NCBI GenBank assembly: GCA_013265495.1
Contig: MU057930.1
Location: 1,442,057-1,506,056, forward strand
DNA length: 64,000 nt
Reading direction: 5' to 3'
Source: Vicugna vicugna
Taxonomy: Eukaryota
Both the position numbers and the translations under genes were made by a program. Positions 50,305-62,579 of this stretch are shown in pieces. Within the stretch, counting starts at the first letter, position 1. Every line of letters starts with the position of its first letter. The notes beneath the pieces were generated by a model, which saw only the letters and a list, made by a program, of their open reading frames with translations, made no database searches and had not been told where the DNA came from.

Positions 50305-51106
50305 ATTTTTTTAATTGAAGTATATATGATTTACAATGTTGTGTTAGTTTCTGGTGTACAGCATAGTGATTCAGTTACACACATATATATTCTTTTTCAT
50401 ATTCTTTTCTATTTTAGGTTATTACAAGCTATTGAATATAGTTCCCTGTGTTCTACAGTAAGACCCTGTTGTTTATCTACTCTGGATATATTAGTGTGTA
50501 CCTGCTAATCCCAAACGCCTAATTTATCCCTTCCCACTCACTTTCCCGTTTGGTAACCACAAGTTTATTTTCTCTGCCTGTGAGTCTATTTCTGTTTCAT
50601 AAATAAACTCATTTGTGTCATACTTTAGATTCCACGTATAAGTGATGTCATATGATATTTTTCTTTCTCTGTCTGGCTTACTTCACTTAGAATGACAATC
50701 TCCAGGTCCATCCATGTTGCTGCCAATGGCATTATTTTATTCTTTTATATGGCTGAATAGTATTCCATTGTATAAATATACCACAGCCTCTTTTTCCAGT
50801 CATCTGTCGATGGACAGTTAGGTTGCCTCCATGTCTTGGCTACTGTAAATAGTGCTGCTGTGAACATTGGGGTGCATGTATCTTTTTGAATTAAGGTTCC
50901 CTCTGGATATATGCCCAGGAGTGGGATTGCTGGATCATAGGGTAAGTCTATTCCTAGTCTTTTGAGGAATCTCCATACTATTTTCCACAGTGGCTGCACC
51001 ACACTACATTCCCACCAGCAGTGTAGGAGGGCTGCCTTTTCTCCACAGCCTCTCCAGCATTTATCGTTTGTGGACTTTTGAATGATGGCCATTCTGACTG
51101 GTGTGA
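50305..51106 (-). mobile_element. Young L1 3' end including the ORF2 cysteine-rich C-terminus
   Basis: ORF 50745-51092 ([41 protein letters not shown]) is L1 ORF2p C-terminal sequence. Confidence 0.96.
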
Positions 51107-51222
51107 CTTCTGTGTTTTAACCTCTTTCCTCTCCTCTTTCTCTCCTGCTCCTATCTTTTCCTCTCTTTCAAACAGGCTGTGGTTGACATTCTCTCTTGCC
51201 AAGGTCAACGCCGCCTACAGGC

Positions 51223-51790
51223 TGTCGGGGAGAGGGGATTCCCCCTCTGCTCCCCTTGCGGTCTTGTGTCTGGACCCATCATAACACTGACAGAAGACAG
51301 AGGACCAGGAGAGAAAGAAAAACACTTTAAATGTGCATGCAGAGGTCTCTTAGAAATGGGACCAAAGAAGAGAACAGAGCAGGCAGCTTTTTATACTTTT
51401 TGGACAAAAAAAAAAAAAATCCCAAAAAACAATACATTTGTGGGAACTGACAGTGCAGAGACACTTAGGTTTGCGGAGCTTAATTCGCGAAAAATTTGAA
51501 CAGAGTTTGGGCTTGGGGTAGTCAATGAAAGGAGTTAACAGTGTTTGTTTATAGAGGCTTCTTGGCCCCGAATTACCCGTCTCTGAGGGTAAGGGTGTCC
51601 TTCGAGCTCCAGATGCAGGGGGCGCACCTTTCATACGTGAGATTTATTTCCTGCTTCAGGGAGACAAAGAGGATGGTCAGGGTGTCCCTTTTTTTGACCG
51701 TGTCTTGAGGAACTCAAATTCAAAATCGTCAGTGTGCCATCGAGATGTACTTTGGGGCAGCCCCCCTCATCCGCCCCCAGAGTCCCCAGA
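51223..51790 (-). mobile_element. ERV1-class solo LTR (MER34-like)
   Basis: Starts 'tgtcggggagaggggattccccctct', the reverse complement of the end of the LTR at 54289-54807. Confidence 0.75.
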
Positions 51791-52884
51791 AATCCCTCTC
51801 AGTGCGGCTCCTGCCAAAACAAAAGTCTTTCTCACAAAAACGATGCGAACATTCCTTGGTCTCCTTTCTTCTCTCTGTGTTGAAGAGTCTTCTCGCCCAA
51901 GGCCTTAAGCCATTTGCAAGGAGGGCAGATCACTAAATCATCATGTTTCGCAATCACCCCACTGCCTTGGGGCAGCATCCTCTGAATGTGTTTTTGCTCA
52001 GGTGGCCACTTCTTCATGGCCACCTGTGCAGTCCTGGGGAGAACTCTGGAAACAGGACTGGGCATCCCTTCAGGAGGTCAGGGCACGTCATGAAAGGAGA
52101 CACTGGCTGTGGATAAAACCAAGCACAATCTTTTCCTCTCGTCCTTGGAAAATTTTCCTGAGGTGTTGATTGAAACCCAGGGAACATCAATGCAGCAATT
52201 AACACAGCACCGGAGCCGTTAATTGGCTGCTTTCGGAGCTGATCAGACCTTCTCTGCTCATGTGCCCTGTATTTCTTATGGTTAAATATCTAGACCACTG
52301 ATGTGTGGAGAACTGACTAGGGAGACAGCACAACTCAGAGTTCTCTCTGTTTTCAATATCAATGCATTCAATGAGGAATTTGAGGTGTGCACGGGGTTTG
52401 TGGTAGATAGCAGGGGGCTGGGGGGAGATGCAATTTCTTATAGGTAGTCCTATTTCTGTTGGAGGTGGGGGACAGGAGCGAGTGATCAGAAAAGAGAAAG
52501 AAAAACACAGAGGTCACAAAGATGAAGTCATCCTAGACTCGGTGTCTTTAGAAATGCAAGTGATTATTCTCCCTGGCTTCTGAGCTCCTGGAAATAAGAA
52601 CTCTGCATGTCCAGCTTTATGTAAACTGTGTGATTTATCTATCCAAGCCAGTACTCAATGCAAGGACTTTACTTATAACATTTAATTCTGGCCAAAGAGC
52701 ACATACTTCTACATGCTTTAAATAAACAGTAAATTTTCTTCATCATGGGGGAGTTCAATGGTTATATCATTTGAGACTTTGTTTGAACACAAGTGGGTGT
52801 TGGGACTGAAAAATTAAAGTTGAAATTGATATATCTGAAATGTAGAACACATTTCAATAAAAAAATGCATAGCTTTTTTTCGTA

Positions 52885-53497
52885 CATCTAGAGGGAACCT
52901 TAATTCAAACAGATTCATTCACCCCAGTGTTCATAGCAGCACTAACCAAGATGTGGAAACAACCTAAATGTTCATGGACAGATGACTGGATAAAGAAGCT
53001 GTGGTATATTTACACAATGGAATACTATTCAGCCATAAAAAAGAATAAAATCATGCCATTGGCAGCAACATGGATGGACCTAGAGATTATCCTACTAAGT
53101 GAAGTAAGCCAGAAAGAGAAAGACAAATACTATATGATATCACTTACATGTGGAATCTCAAAAAAAATTATTTACAAAACAGAAACAGACTCACAGACAT
53201 AGAAAACAAACTTAAGGTTACCGGGGGAAAGGGTGTGTGAAGGGATAAATTGGGAGCTCGAGATCTGCAGATACTAATATACATAAAATAGATAAACAAC
53301 AAGTTCATACTGTACAGCACAGGGAACCATAGTCAGTATCTTGTAGTAACTTATGGTGAAAAAGAATATGGAAATGAATATATGTGTGTTCATGTATGAC
53401 TGAAGTATTGTGCTGTACACCAGAAATTGACACATTGTAAACTAACTATACTTTAATAAAAATGTATTTAAAAATTTTTTTAAAAAAAGAAAAAAGA
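52885..53497 (+). mobile_element. Young L1 3' end
   Basis: ORF 52927-53202 ([31 protein letters not shown]) is the L1 ORF2p tail, followed by 3'UTR and an A-rich end. Confidence 0.95.
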
Positions 53498-54288
53498 AGG
53501 ACAAATATATGAATTATCCAAAGAGGAGGGGAAATGTATAACTTCATCCCAGTGGTAACAGCCACAGTTCAGTAGTCTTCCTAAAATACAGAAGACTCTC
53601 TAACAAACAAGATAATACTTTTGGTAAAAAAATTCCGTGGATACACATGCAAGTACACACACACACACACACATTTAAGTTGCAAAAGGAGAGATATGCA
53701 GCCTCGGCAATGAGAAATGAACACATACATTATCATGGAGCCAGTAATCACCAAGTTTGTGGCTCATTCTAATAAAATGTTGTGCATGACTAGGGTGTTT
53801 ATAATTTTAGCTGAGCAATAATGGGACATTTCACCTGGAGAACTACGCTTTCTGAAAATCATCCAGGAACATTTTCAAGCCCCCAGGCTTTCAGAATCAA
53901 GCTGGATTTTGATCCTGTAATTCCTAAAACATCACCCAATATGCACTTGTGAAGGGAACACATTTTCTGGCAACTCTAAGACACGGTGTCACATAGGTTT
54001 TGCAGCCACTGAAACTTCTGCAAATATGAATGTTTGCTGAGGATGGCATTTTCTTTATGCAGGTGTTTTTACCCTGAAACATGCTTTGCTCATTACAGGG
54101 TGCTCCTGTAAGTATCGACGTGTGTATACCATGTTCATTAACACAACGACAAAATGCACGTCGATTAAACTAGTTCAGGTAGAATAAAAATCTATGGGAA
54201 AGACATGAAATTTCCACAGGAGATTCACTCGTTTTTTATTTGAGAGTTAAAATACCAAACCCCTGAAATACTGAAAGGGGACAAGATC

Positions 54289-54807
54289 TTGTTGGGGCCC
54301 ATGGCGGGTCACCTCAGTATATACCTCAGTGGAGTAGTGAGTATTTTGAGTTAAAATTACTTGAGAAATGGCCAAAAAAAAAGAGGGCCACTCTGACCAT
54401 CCTCTCTGTCTCTCTGAAGCATAAAATCAATCTCCCCTGTGGAAGGTGCCCTCCCCCCACACCTGCAGGTAAAAGGACACCCTGATCCTCAGAGATGGGG
54501 AATTTGGGGTGAGAAGCCTGTATAAACGAACCTTGGTTTTTCTTTAGTTGACTACCCCATCCCAAATTCTATTTAGATCCTTCACCAACTAAGCACGCAA
54601 AACCTAAGTTTTTGTCCTATCAATGCCTCACACATTTCTTTCTTTGTCTGAAATGCCACCTGCTTCGTCCACTTCTAGGAGGCCTCTGTGTGCATGAATC
54701 AAAACGTGTTTCTTTTTCTCCAATTCGTCTACCTTGTGTCATTTTTGTTGTTAGTCCAGCCCCAAGGACTCAAGAAGGGTAGAGGGGGAAATTTCCCCCT
54801 CCCTGAC
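54289..54807 (+). mobile_element. ERV1-class solo LTR (MER34-like)
   Basis: tg...ca termini, 'gagtattttgagttaaa', and a 3' 'agggggaaatttccccct' palindrome before 'ccctgaca'. Confidence 0.75.
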
Positions 54808-54899
54808 ACTCCTTTTAGATCAAACATTTGGAAACGTCAGGTGATTATATTTTAAAATTTCAGTATTCACCCATGCCACCATCATCATCATTATCACCA

Positions 54900-55180
54900 C
54901 TTCATCATTTATTAAAAAAAAAAAATGAACACAGCGTAGTGTTCACAGTCTGGGTTCTGAAGACACGTCATAGTGTTTACACCATCACATAGATAGATCA
55001 TTGCAACGTGGAGTAACTGTTGTGACGAACACCTCAGGGAAAGGGGGGTCTTCCTTCAAATTGATTGGATGTACTTCCGGGGATGTTGAGAGTAGATTTC
55101 TCTTAGAAAGTGACATTAGCGCTGGGACCTATGTGGAGTGACTAAGAGTGAACAAGATGAAGAGAGGGGAGAAGGCAACA
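54900..55180 (-). mobile_element. L2 fragment
   Basis: 'catttatt', 'gaaagtgacattagcgctgggacct' are antisense L2-like motifs. Confidence 0.5.
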
Positions 55181-55444
55181 GTTTGGCGTGCGATCAAGAC
55201 CATTCATCTTTGTCCGGGATGTTTTAAACTTCAGAGAAGGGACCCCTAGTTGCAAAGAGCCCAGGCAGAATGTGGTAGAAAGTGTGTGCAGGACTGTTAA
55301 ACCAGGACGAAGAAGACAGATCATCTCTTCTACCCGATTACTAGCTCCTGGAGACGGGAAAGCCCTGTGCAGGTATGGAAGGTTCCAGAAGGAGAGCCCT
55401 TACACGGCCCAGCAAAGCTGAAGAGGAATTGTTCTCTGCCAAGA

Positions 55445-55590
55445 TCCCCATGGAGCATGGGAACATGCAGGTTTCCTCAGCAACACAGAGAGTGTTTAGG
55501 ATGAATGTCTAGAGGTGGAGATGGGAAATCTGCACTGTTAGTAACCTTCCAGGTGACGTCTTCACATTCAATCTGAGCCTCTCTATCTCA
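55445..55590. mobile_element. MER5-like hAT fossil
   Basis: 'gggaaatctgcactgttagtaaccttccaggtga' resembles the MER5 core. Confidence 0.5.
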
Positions 55591-56029
55591 GCCCCTGAGA
55601 GATGGGGACACACATCAGGCTAAGAGAAAAGTCAGGTTCTGTTTCTCTGGAGACCCCTACTACAATGTTCACCCCATTTTAGGTACTGTTTGGGGCTCTT
55701 TTAATTTTCCACTTAGAAAACTTTTCATATCTCTAGATACGAATCTACACCATGTCCTTTATTTCCTTTGAGGAATCTAATGGTACAGGTGTGCCGTGGT
55801 GGGTGTAATAACTTTCACAGAGATGGACACTTCACCTGCTTAAAATTCCTAGCTGTAACAAGCAACAAAAATAAAATCTGTCTGCAATGACAATAAAAGC
55901 TTTTGGCAATAAAATCTGAGTGTATATCCTGTATTCCAGCATAGCCCACAGGAACGTACCGTGAGGTCAGGTCAATGTTTCAAGTCGCTTGCGTGAAAAA
56001 GAGTGAAAAGGATGGGAGAAGCTGGTTTT

Positions 56030-56248
56030 CAAAGTACATTTGGTTGAACCCAGTACGTACGAAATAGCAGAACATGTAATCGGTGTAAAGCATCATGAAT
56101 GAGATATAGTCTTTCTTTCCTACTAAGTCTCTGAAACTCGGTGTGTTTTGGATTTAGGTTCAGAGCACATCTGTGTTTGGAGTGGACAGGTCTGCAGTGT
56201 TCATAGAGATGTGTGCCCATCGGCTAACTGAGTGCACCTTGCGTGGAT
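56030..56248. mobile_element. MER33-like hAT (Charlie) fossil
   Basis: 'aacatgtaatc...aatgagata...tactaagtctctgaaactcggtgtg...agcacatct'. Confidence 0.7.
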
Positions 56249-57503
56249 CCTTAACATGCACATAAATGAATGACCTCTCACGTCCAGAGACGTAGGCTAA
56301 GCAGTCTGTCAACTTAGGGCTCATGGTGTGTCCTGTTAATTCAAACACTCCACGGACCTCGGGTGGAGTCCTTCCAGGGGATAATCTTGGAGAAAGAATA
56401 TGGCTGACTGTGATGAGTAAGACAGGAACACAGAACCAATCTAGCACTCCCTCAGACACATGGGCGTCTTGCGAGGGCCCACGGCTGTGAACAGGTGCTG
56501 GATTTACTGTTCCTGTAGGTGCTAATAAATTGGTCATTAAGATGTTATTAAAATGTTACTAAGAAAGAACATCCCGGGGTCACAGACTCAGAGGAATCCT
56601 AAATGTCTACCACCACCTCCATCCCCAGAGTTTCCTCAGGTCTCTGATGACCTTCAAGTAGTTTATATGGAGTATGGCACAAGTCTTCGCGGTCACAGGA
56701 TATCCCATCTCATTCTCATCCATGAAGGAGAAACCAGCCTTCGGGGGTGCTTCCTTATGGGCAGAAATTAAACGTTCCTTTACCATGAAGCCATTGGACT
56801 TCAAAAGAGCAGAACTAATTAGTTCTCTGAAGAGGGCACCAGGAACATCAGAGGGACCTTATAGAAAAAAGCCACCCTATTTCACATCTGCACATAGTGA
56901 CATGATTTTACTAAAGAGGATGTCGAGGAGGATATTAAATTTCACCGGCTGTGGAAACACGCTTTTCCTAAGAGCAGACACGCTCTACCTGGATCCTTGA
57001 GGAAGCAAGGACTCCATTTATCAAAGGCGAGGCTGGCGGCAAAGCAGCTGTGCGCAGACCGTCCGTCCGCGAGCACCAGCGTGCTGACGGCGCAGTGCGG
57101 CTGTGTGTTCGGCGTGGCTGCTTCCTGCAACGTCTGCCTACCTGGGGGACGCTGTCCCAGCTTACTTCGCCCACGAATAGTCGGGTCATGGCAGGAACTG
57201 CAAGGCAGAGACGTGTGACATAAAGAAGGCAGTTTATCCACGTAGGTCAGCCGTTCCTGGCAGTGAAGAGTGGTTCTTGGGGAACATGCGGATATGTTGA
57301 ACTGGGCTTGTGGGTGGGAGTGGGAAGGTGAATAGCTCTGTTATATCAGTTTAAAGGGCAAAAAAAAAAAAGTGTGAGGTACAGTTCTACAGATTTGGGG
57401 ACAGGAAGGGATTCGTTGGTGACAAAGGACTTCCATAATTGGGTTTCCTACGCAGGTTTGCCTTGTAAAAGGTGAGCCGTCAAGGACACCAAAATCATTT
57501 GAT

Positions 57504-57794
57504 GTATTCTTGATTTTTGTAATTGTTTTCAACTTTATAGAGGAATAATCGACAAATCTAATTGTATATGTTTAAAATGTGCAATGTGAGGATCTGATGT
57601 ACACGTACACTGTGGAATGATTACTGAGATCAAGATACCTAACACGTTCATCACCGCACATAGTTAACTTTGATATTTTTGGAGGAGGGAGATGAGAACA
57701 GTTAATGTCTAGTCTCAGCCACTTTCAAGGGTAACTTCTGAGGACCGAACGCACAGCGTGGTCACTGTAGTTCATAGTAAAGGATTATACAATT
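57504..57794 (-). mobile_element. L1MA-type 3' end with 5' inversion
   Basis: 57525-57729 is antisense L1 3'UTR and 57731-57791 is the adjacent upstream segment in sense; aatcatttgat at 57493-57503 and 57795-57805. Confidence 0.8.
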
Positions 57795-57939
57795 AATCAT
57801 TTGATTCTGTAAGAAAATGGAATATCTCATAAGATGCTAATGAATATATTCTGAATACGAAAATAATACTTTGATACCAGAAAAAAATAGCCTCCCAAGG
57901 ACAAGGATGTAAATGTCCAACAGTTGACAAAATATTTTT

Positions 57940-59118
57940 ATAAGCAAATGGGACCTAATTAAGCTTATAACCTCTTGCACAGCAAAGGAAACTATAAACA
58001 AAATAAAAGGACAACCTACGGAATGGGAGAAAATATTTGCAAATGACGCGACTGACAAGGACTTAAATTTCCAAAGTATAGAAACAGCTCGTACAACTAG
58101 ATAGCAAAACATAAACCCAATAAAATTAAAAAGACTAGAAGACCTAAACAGACATTTCTCCAATGAAGACACAGATGGCCATCAGGCACATGAAAAGATG
58201 CTCAACGTCGCTAATTATCAGAGAAATGCAAATCAAAACTACAATGAGGAATCACCTCCCACCAGTCAGAATGGCCATCATTCAAAAGTCCACAAACAAT
58301 AAATGCCAGTGAAGCTGTGGAGAAAAGGGAGCCCTCCCACACTGTTGATGGGAATGCAGTTTGGTGCAGCCACTGTGGAGAACAGTATGGAGATTCCTTA
58401 AAAAACTAAAACTAGACTTACCCTATGACCCAGCAATCCCACTCCTGGGCATGTATCCAGAGGGAACCTTAATTCAAAATGACACCTGCACCCCAATGTT
58501 CACAGCGGCACTATTTACAATAGCCAAGACGTGGAAGTAGCCTAAATGTCCATCAACAGATGACTGGGTAAAGAAGTGGTGTGTGTGTATGTATGTGTAT
58601 GTATATGTGTATATATACACACATATATATGGTGTGTACACACACGCACACACATACAATGGACTATTACTCAGTCATAAAAAAGAATGAAATACTGCCA
58701 TTTGCATCAACATGGATGGACCTAGAAATTATCATCCTAAGTGAAATAAGTCAGACAAAGACAAATATCCTATGACATCACTTATATGTGGAATCTAAAA
58801 TATGGCACAAATTATCTTATTTACAAAACAGTAACAGACTCACAGACATAGAAAACAGACATATGGTTACCAGTGGGGATAGGAGGGGAGAGATAAATTA
58901 GGAGTTTGGGATTAGCAGATACAAACTGCCATATATAAAACAGAGAAACAACAGTGTCCAACTGTACAGCACAGGGAACTATATTCCATATCTTGTAATG
59001 GCCAATAATGGAAAAGAATCTGAAAAAGAATATATGGATGTGTGTGTGTACAACTGAATCACTATTCTGTACAACTAACACGTTGTAAATCAACTATAGT
59101 ACAATGAAATGATAAAGA
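57940..59118 (+). mobile_element. ~1.2-kb young L1 3' portion containing a TG/TA/CA microsatellite (58579-58636)
   Basis: 'aaatgggacctaattaagctta', 'atgggagaaaatatttgcaaatg', 'ccagcaatcccactcctgggcat', 3'UTR; flanked by gacaaaa(a)tatttt. Confidence 0.95.
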
Positions 59119-60496
59119 CAAAAATATTTTAGCTAAGAAAATGGAAATTATAAATGCACACGCTTCAAGCGCAGAAAAGCATTACATAGGTTCAGAATCC
59201 AGTGTTAACAAAACTGAAGAGCTTTTTAAGAGAAATAAGGAGGAAGTAAGATGGTAGACTTGTCTTCTTTCTCGCAGATAGCTCTAGCAGATTCCTGTGA
59301 CTTGAGGAATAAAAGATGGATTGCTACGTTTAAAAATCAAAGCTGGAAAGTCACACCTCAGCTCACTTCAATAATCCTTGAGCCCCCTAAAAATCCCCAA
59401 CATTGGCAAGTCACTCACTCATTGGTCACATCAAGGCCAAACACGTGGTGAATTCAGATGTAATCAACGACAAATCGGTTAAAAAAAAATTAACGAGGAT
59501 TTAAGCTGATGTTTACACAGCCCTTTTTTCTTTTTTTAAAAAAATTGCTTGAAAAACTAATAATGCGTTAAGAAGAGTTAAAGATAACAGAAAAAAAATC
59601 ATAAATGTCAACGCAGTCTCAAGTGATGACTGGTCCGTGAATATTAAATTATCTTTTACTTTCATAAACTGTTTTCTAAGTGAATCTCCTGAGAAATGCT
59701 TTAATTTTCTGCCCCTTGTTACTCTCTGCTCTTGGAAGTAACCGGATAACAAGGAAATTCTTTATATTTCAGAGGTCTTATTAATTCGTCACGTCTTCTC
59801 TTCATAACGTCCAGATAACTTACATTGTGCTGTTTTAAGTCTCCTCACTGTATCTTGAATTTTTTTATAGAGCGTAACTTGTATGTGAGTCAATGACTTA
59901 TGTAGATTCCAAACACAGTTGCCTTTTTTGAGACATTGGAATAATCTGAACTGCAGGAGAAATACACGAGATTTTTTTTCTTCTCCCTTTTACACCTTCA
60001 AGCTGGCATTTTTAATTACCAATCTAAGTGTGAATGATGCATTTTAAGTCATTTGTCTGGCAGGCTTTAGAAAGAGGAATGACTTAAAATAGATCCCAGC
60101 CCCAGTTTTGCATTCCCAGAGTTACATACACCATGTTCTCTTTTGCAAAGGCTGTGTGTGGAATGTTTGCAGCTGAGCCGTGTCGGCGTGTGTCCTGGGA
60201 TTCACCGTGCCTGGGTTGTGATCATCGGAAGGTGTTAAATTTTGGGAGGGGGGAGGAAATCACACAATCTCTGTGAGCTTCGTGTCTTATCTGCAGCAGA
60301 GTGATCACGGAAAAGCAGGTTGTTATCTCAGAAGAGCACATGATTGTACTACACAGACGTGTTCTCAGTCCTCGGCTCTCAGCTCTTAATGGTCAAAGTG
60401 TGCGAATGTTCAGGATGGGTCTGGAGGGCATCATGTGAATCTGCTTAAAGTCTGGGCCGTTTTTACCTTCCGTGCATGCATGTTCCCTTTGCCTTC

Positions 60497-60882
60497 TGCT
60501 GGGCTGCACCCTGCAAGCCTTGTGGCTGCCCCGCCTGAAGACAAAGGGAGTGTCGGGGTCAGCGACAGGTGGGACCTCACGCACCTTGAAGGAAGGTCCT
60601 GGAGGGACCGTGTGCAGCAGACAGTGGGCAGAAGTCGGCACCAACCTTAGCTCTTTCAGAGGGGAGGCGGCTACCATTTATAGGAGGAGTGGGCACCAAG
60701 CTGGCTCACTGGTTGCCAGGGAAACCAGCATCCGGGCTGAGGGCAAGCACATAGGTGGTTACTGCTGAAGCGTGTCATTAAGGGGACTGGATACGCGTGT
60801 GAATGAAGCAGAGGGGGGTCTGCCTGAGCAGGGGATGGACAGAGAGCAGGAGGATGGACAGCCTGAGTGGCCTGACCATTCC
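60497..60882 (-). mobile_element. LTR-like interspersed repeat, copy 2
   Basis: Homologous to 45612-45972 in the same orientation. Confidence 0.65.
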
Positions 60883-60987
60883 CCTTCTGTTCTCAAATGG
60901 AAAAATGGGTCAAACTACACGGTTTGAGTTTCCAAGCCTGTACTCAATCAAACTAGATTATTAAACAACACTGAAGAGCAACTACAG

Positions 60988-61130
60988 GGAGGGGACGGTA
61001 TAGCATGCATGAGGTCCTGGGTTCAATCCTCACCACCTCCTCTAAAAATAAGTGACCATAATCACCTCTCCCACCCCACCAAGATAAAATAAATGAAACA
61101 TAAGAAATAAACAAAGCATAAATAAAGAAC
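60988..61130 (+). mobile_element. tRNA-derived SINE (Vic-1-like), internally deleted
   Basis: 'ggtatagcatgcatgaggtcctgggttcaatcctcaccacctcctctaaaaataag' plus A-rich tail. Confidence 0.85.
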
Positions 61131-61489
61131 AAATGCATATATTTAAAATCTTTTTTAGGGGAAAAGTCCTCATTTTAATCTGAGACGACAAATAACAGAC
61201 AAGCTCACTAATTGAACTCTTCTTAATTAGTGGCTAGGGTTCTAGAAACTCCTTCACTTTTTAAAAAAGATCATTTTCAAACCGAAGCACAAATTTGACA
61301 AAGTAAATGCACGGTACAAACATCCAAATGCCAGGTCTGGATTTTGCTAGAGAGAGCCTAAGATTAAGGAACATTTTTTGCCCCTTTCCAGATAACTTAA
61401 TACTTGAAAATATGAATAACCATGTTAGGTCCCACTGACTAGAGGAGAGAAAGAGCACTGCATGGACGAAATAGCTCATTCATGTATCT

Positions 61490-62243
61490 ATTGAGACAGA
61501 ACTAACGTTTCGCATTCTATTAGTTTCAGGCGTCCTGCATAACGACTTGATAATGTATGTATTGCAAAACGATCAGCAAAATTGATTTACTTAACATCCA
61601 TCACTGCACATTTTATCCCCTACTGATGGGAACTTTGAAGATTTACTTTCTTAGCAGCTTTCAAATATAAAACAGTGTCATTAATGGTCATGATGCTGAC
61701 ATTACATCCTCATGACTTATTTATTTTATAACTGGAAGCTTTTAGCCTGTGACCTCCTTCACCCATTTTGCCCACCCCCGACCCCCCACGTCTGGCAACC
61801 ACCAGTCTGTTCTCTGTATCTATGATGTGAATTTTTTTTTGTTTGTTTTTTGGCTTGTTTTATAGAGTACACTAATAACTGCGATCATACAGTGTTTTTT
61901 TCTGCCTTATTCATTTTGCTTACCTTAATGCCTAAGTGTCCACCCATGCTGTTGCAAATGGTAGGATGTCCTTCTGTTTTATGGAAGAAGAGTAACTCCA
62001 TTGTGTGTGTGTGTGTGTGTGTGTATTTTGTCTTCTTTATTCATTCATCCACCGACAGACACTTAGATTGCTTCCATGTCTTGGCAATTGTAAACAATGC
62101 TGCAATGAACATGGGGGCGTAGACGGGTTTTCGAGACACTGATTTCATTTTTTTCAGATAACTACCCAGAGGAAGGATTGTTGGATCATACGTTAATTCT
62201 ATTTTTAACCTTTTGAGGAACCTCCACGCTGTTTTCCATAGTG
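61490..62243 (-). mobile_element. L1MA-type 3' end
   Basis: 'ggcaaccaccagtctgttctctgtatctatga', 'cttccatgtcttggcaattgtaaac', 'ttttgaggaacctccacgctgttttccatagtg'. Confidence 0.9.
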
Positions 62244-62304
62244 AAATAGCTCATTTTAATTGATGTGTTATCTTGTAACCAACAGTCGAATCAGAGATTG
62301 ACGT

Positions 62305-62420
62305 GCATGAATTCACTGAATCCTCATACGGTTCTGTGATAAGACACCGTGATCCCCATTGCATAGACAAGAAATTCAAGGGCCAGACAGATGGGTGACT
62401 AGCTCTCTTAAACGTCACGA
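62305..62420 (-). mobile_element. MIR fragment
   Basis: 'aatcctcatac...atccccattgcatagacaagaaattcaagggccagac' is the antisense MIR core. Confidence 0.6.
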
Positions 62421-62579
62421 TCCAGAGTCTCTCCCCTTGAGATCCCTGGGTTTAACCTCTGCAGCACACTTTCAAAAAGAAACAGAAAACAAAGAGTCCT
62501 ATGCTGAGTGAAAAAGCTCTACCTCCAATGTTAACAGCCTTGCATGGCTCCCTTAAACGACATTCTTGAAATAAACTTA

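Noticed and set aside
50745..51092. Intact-looking 115-aa CDS
   Set aside because: C-terminal fragment of L1 ORF2p in a 5'-truncated copy.
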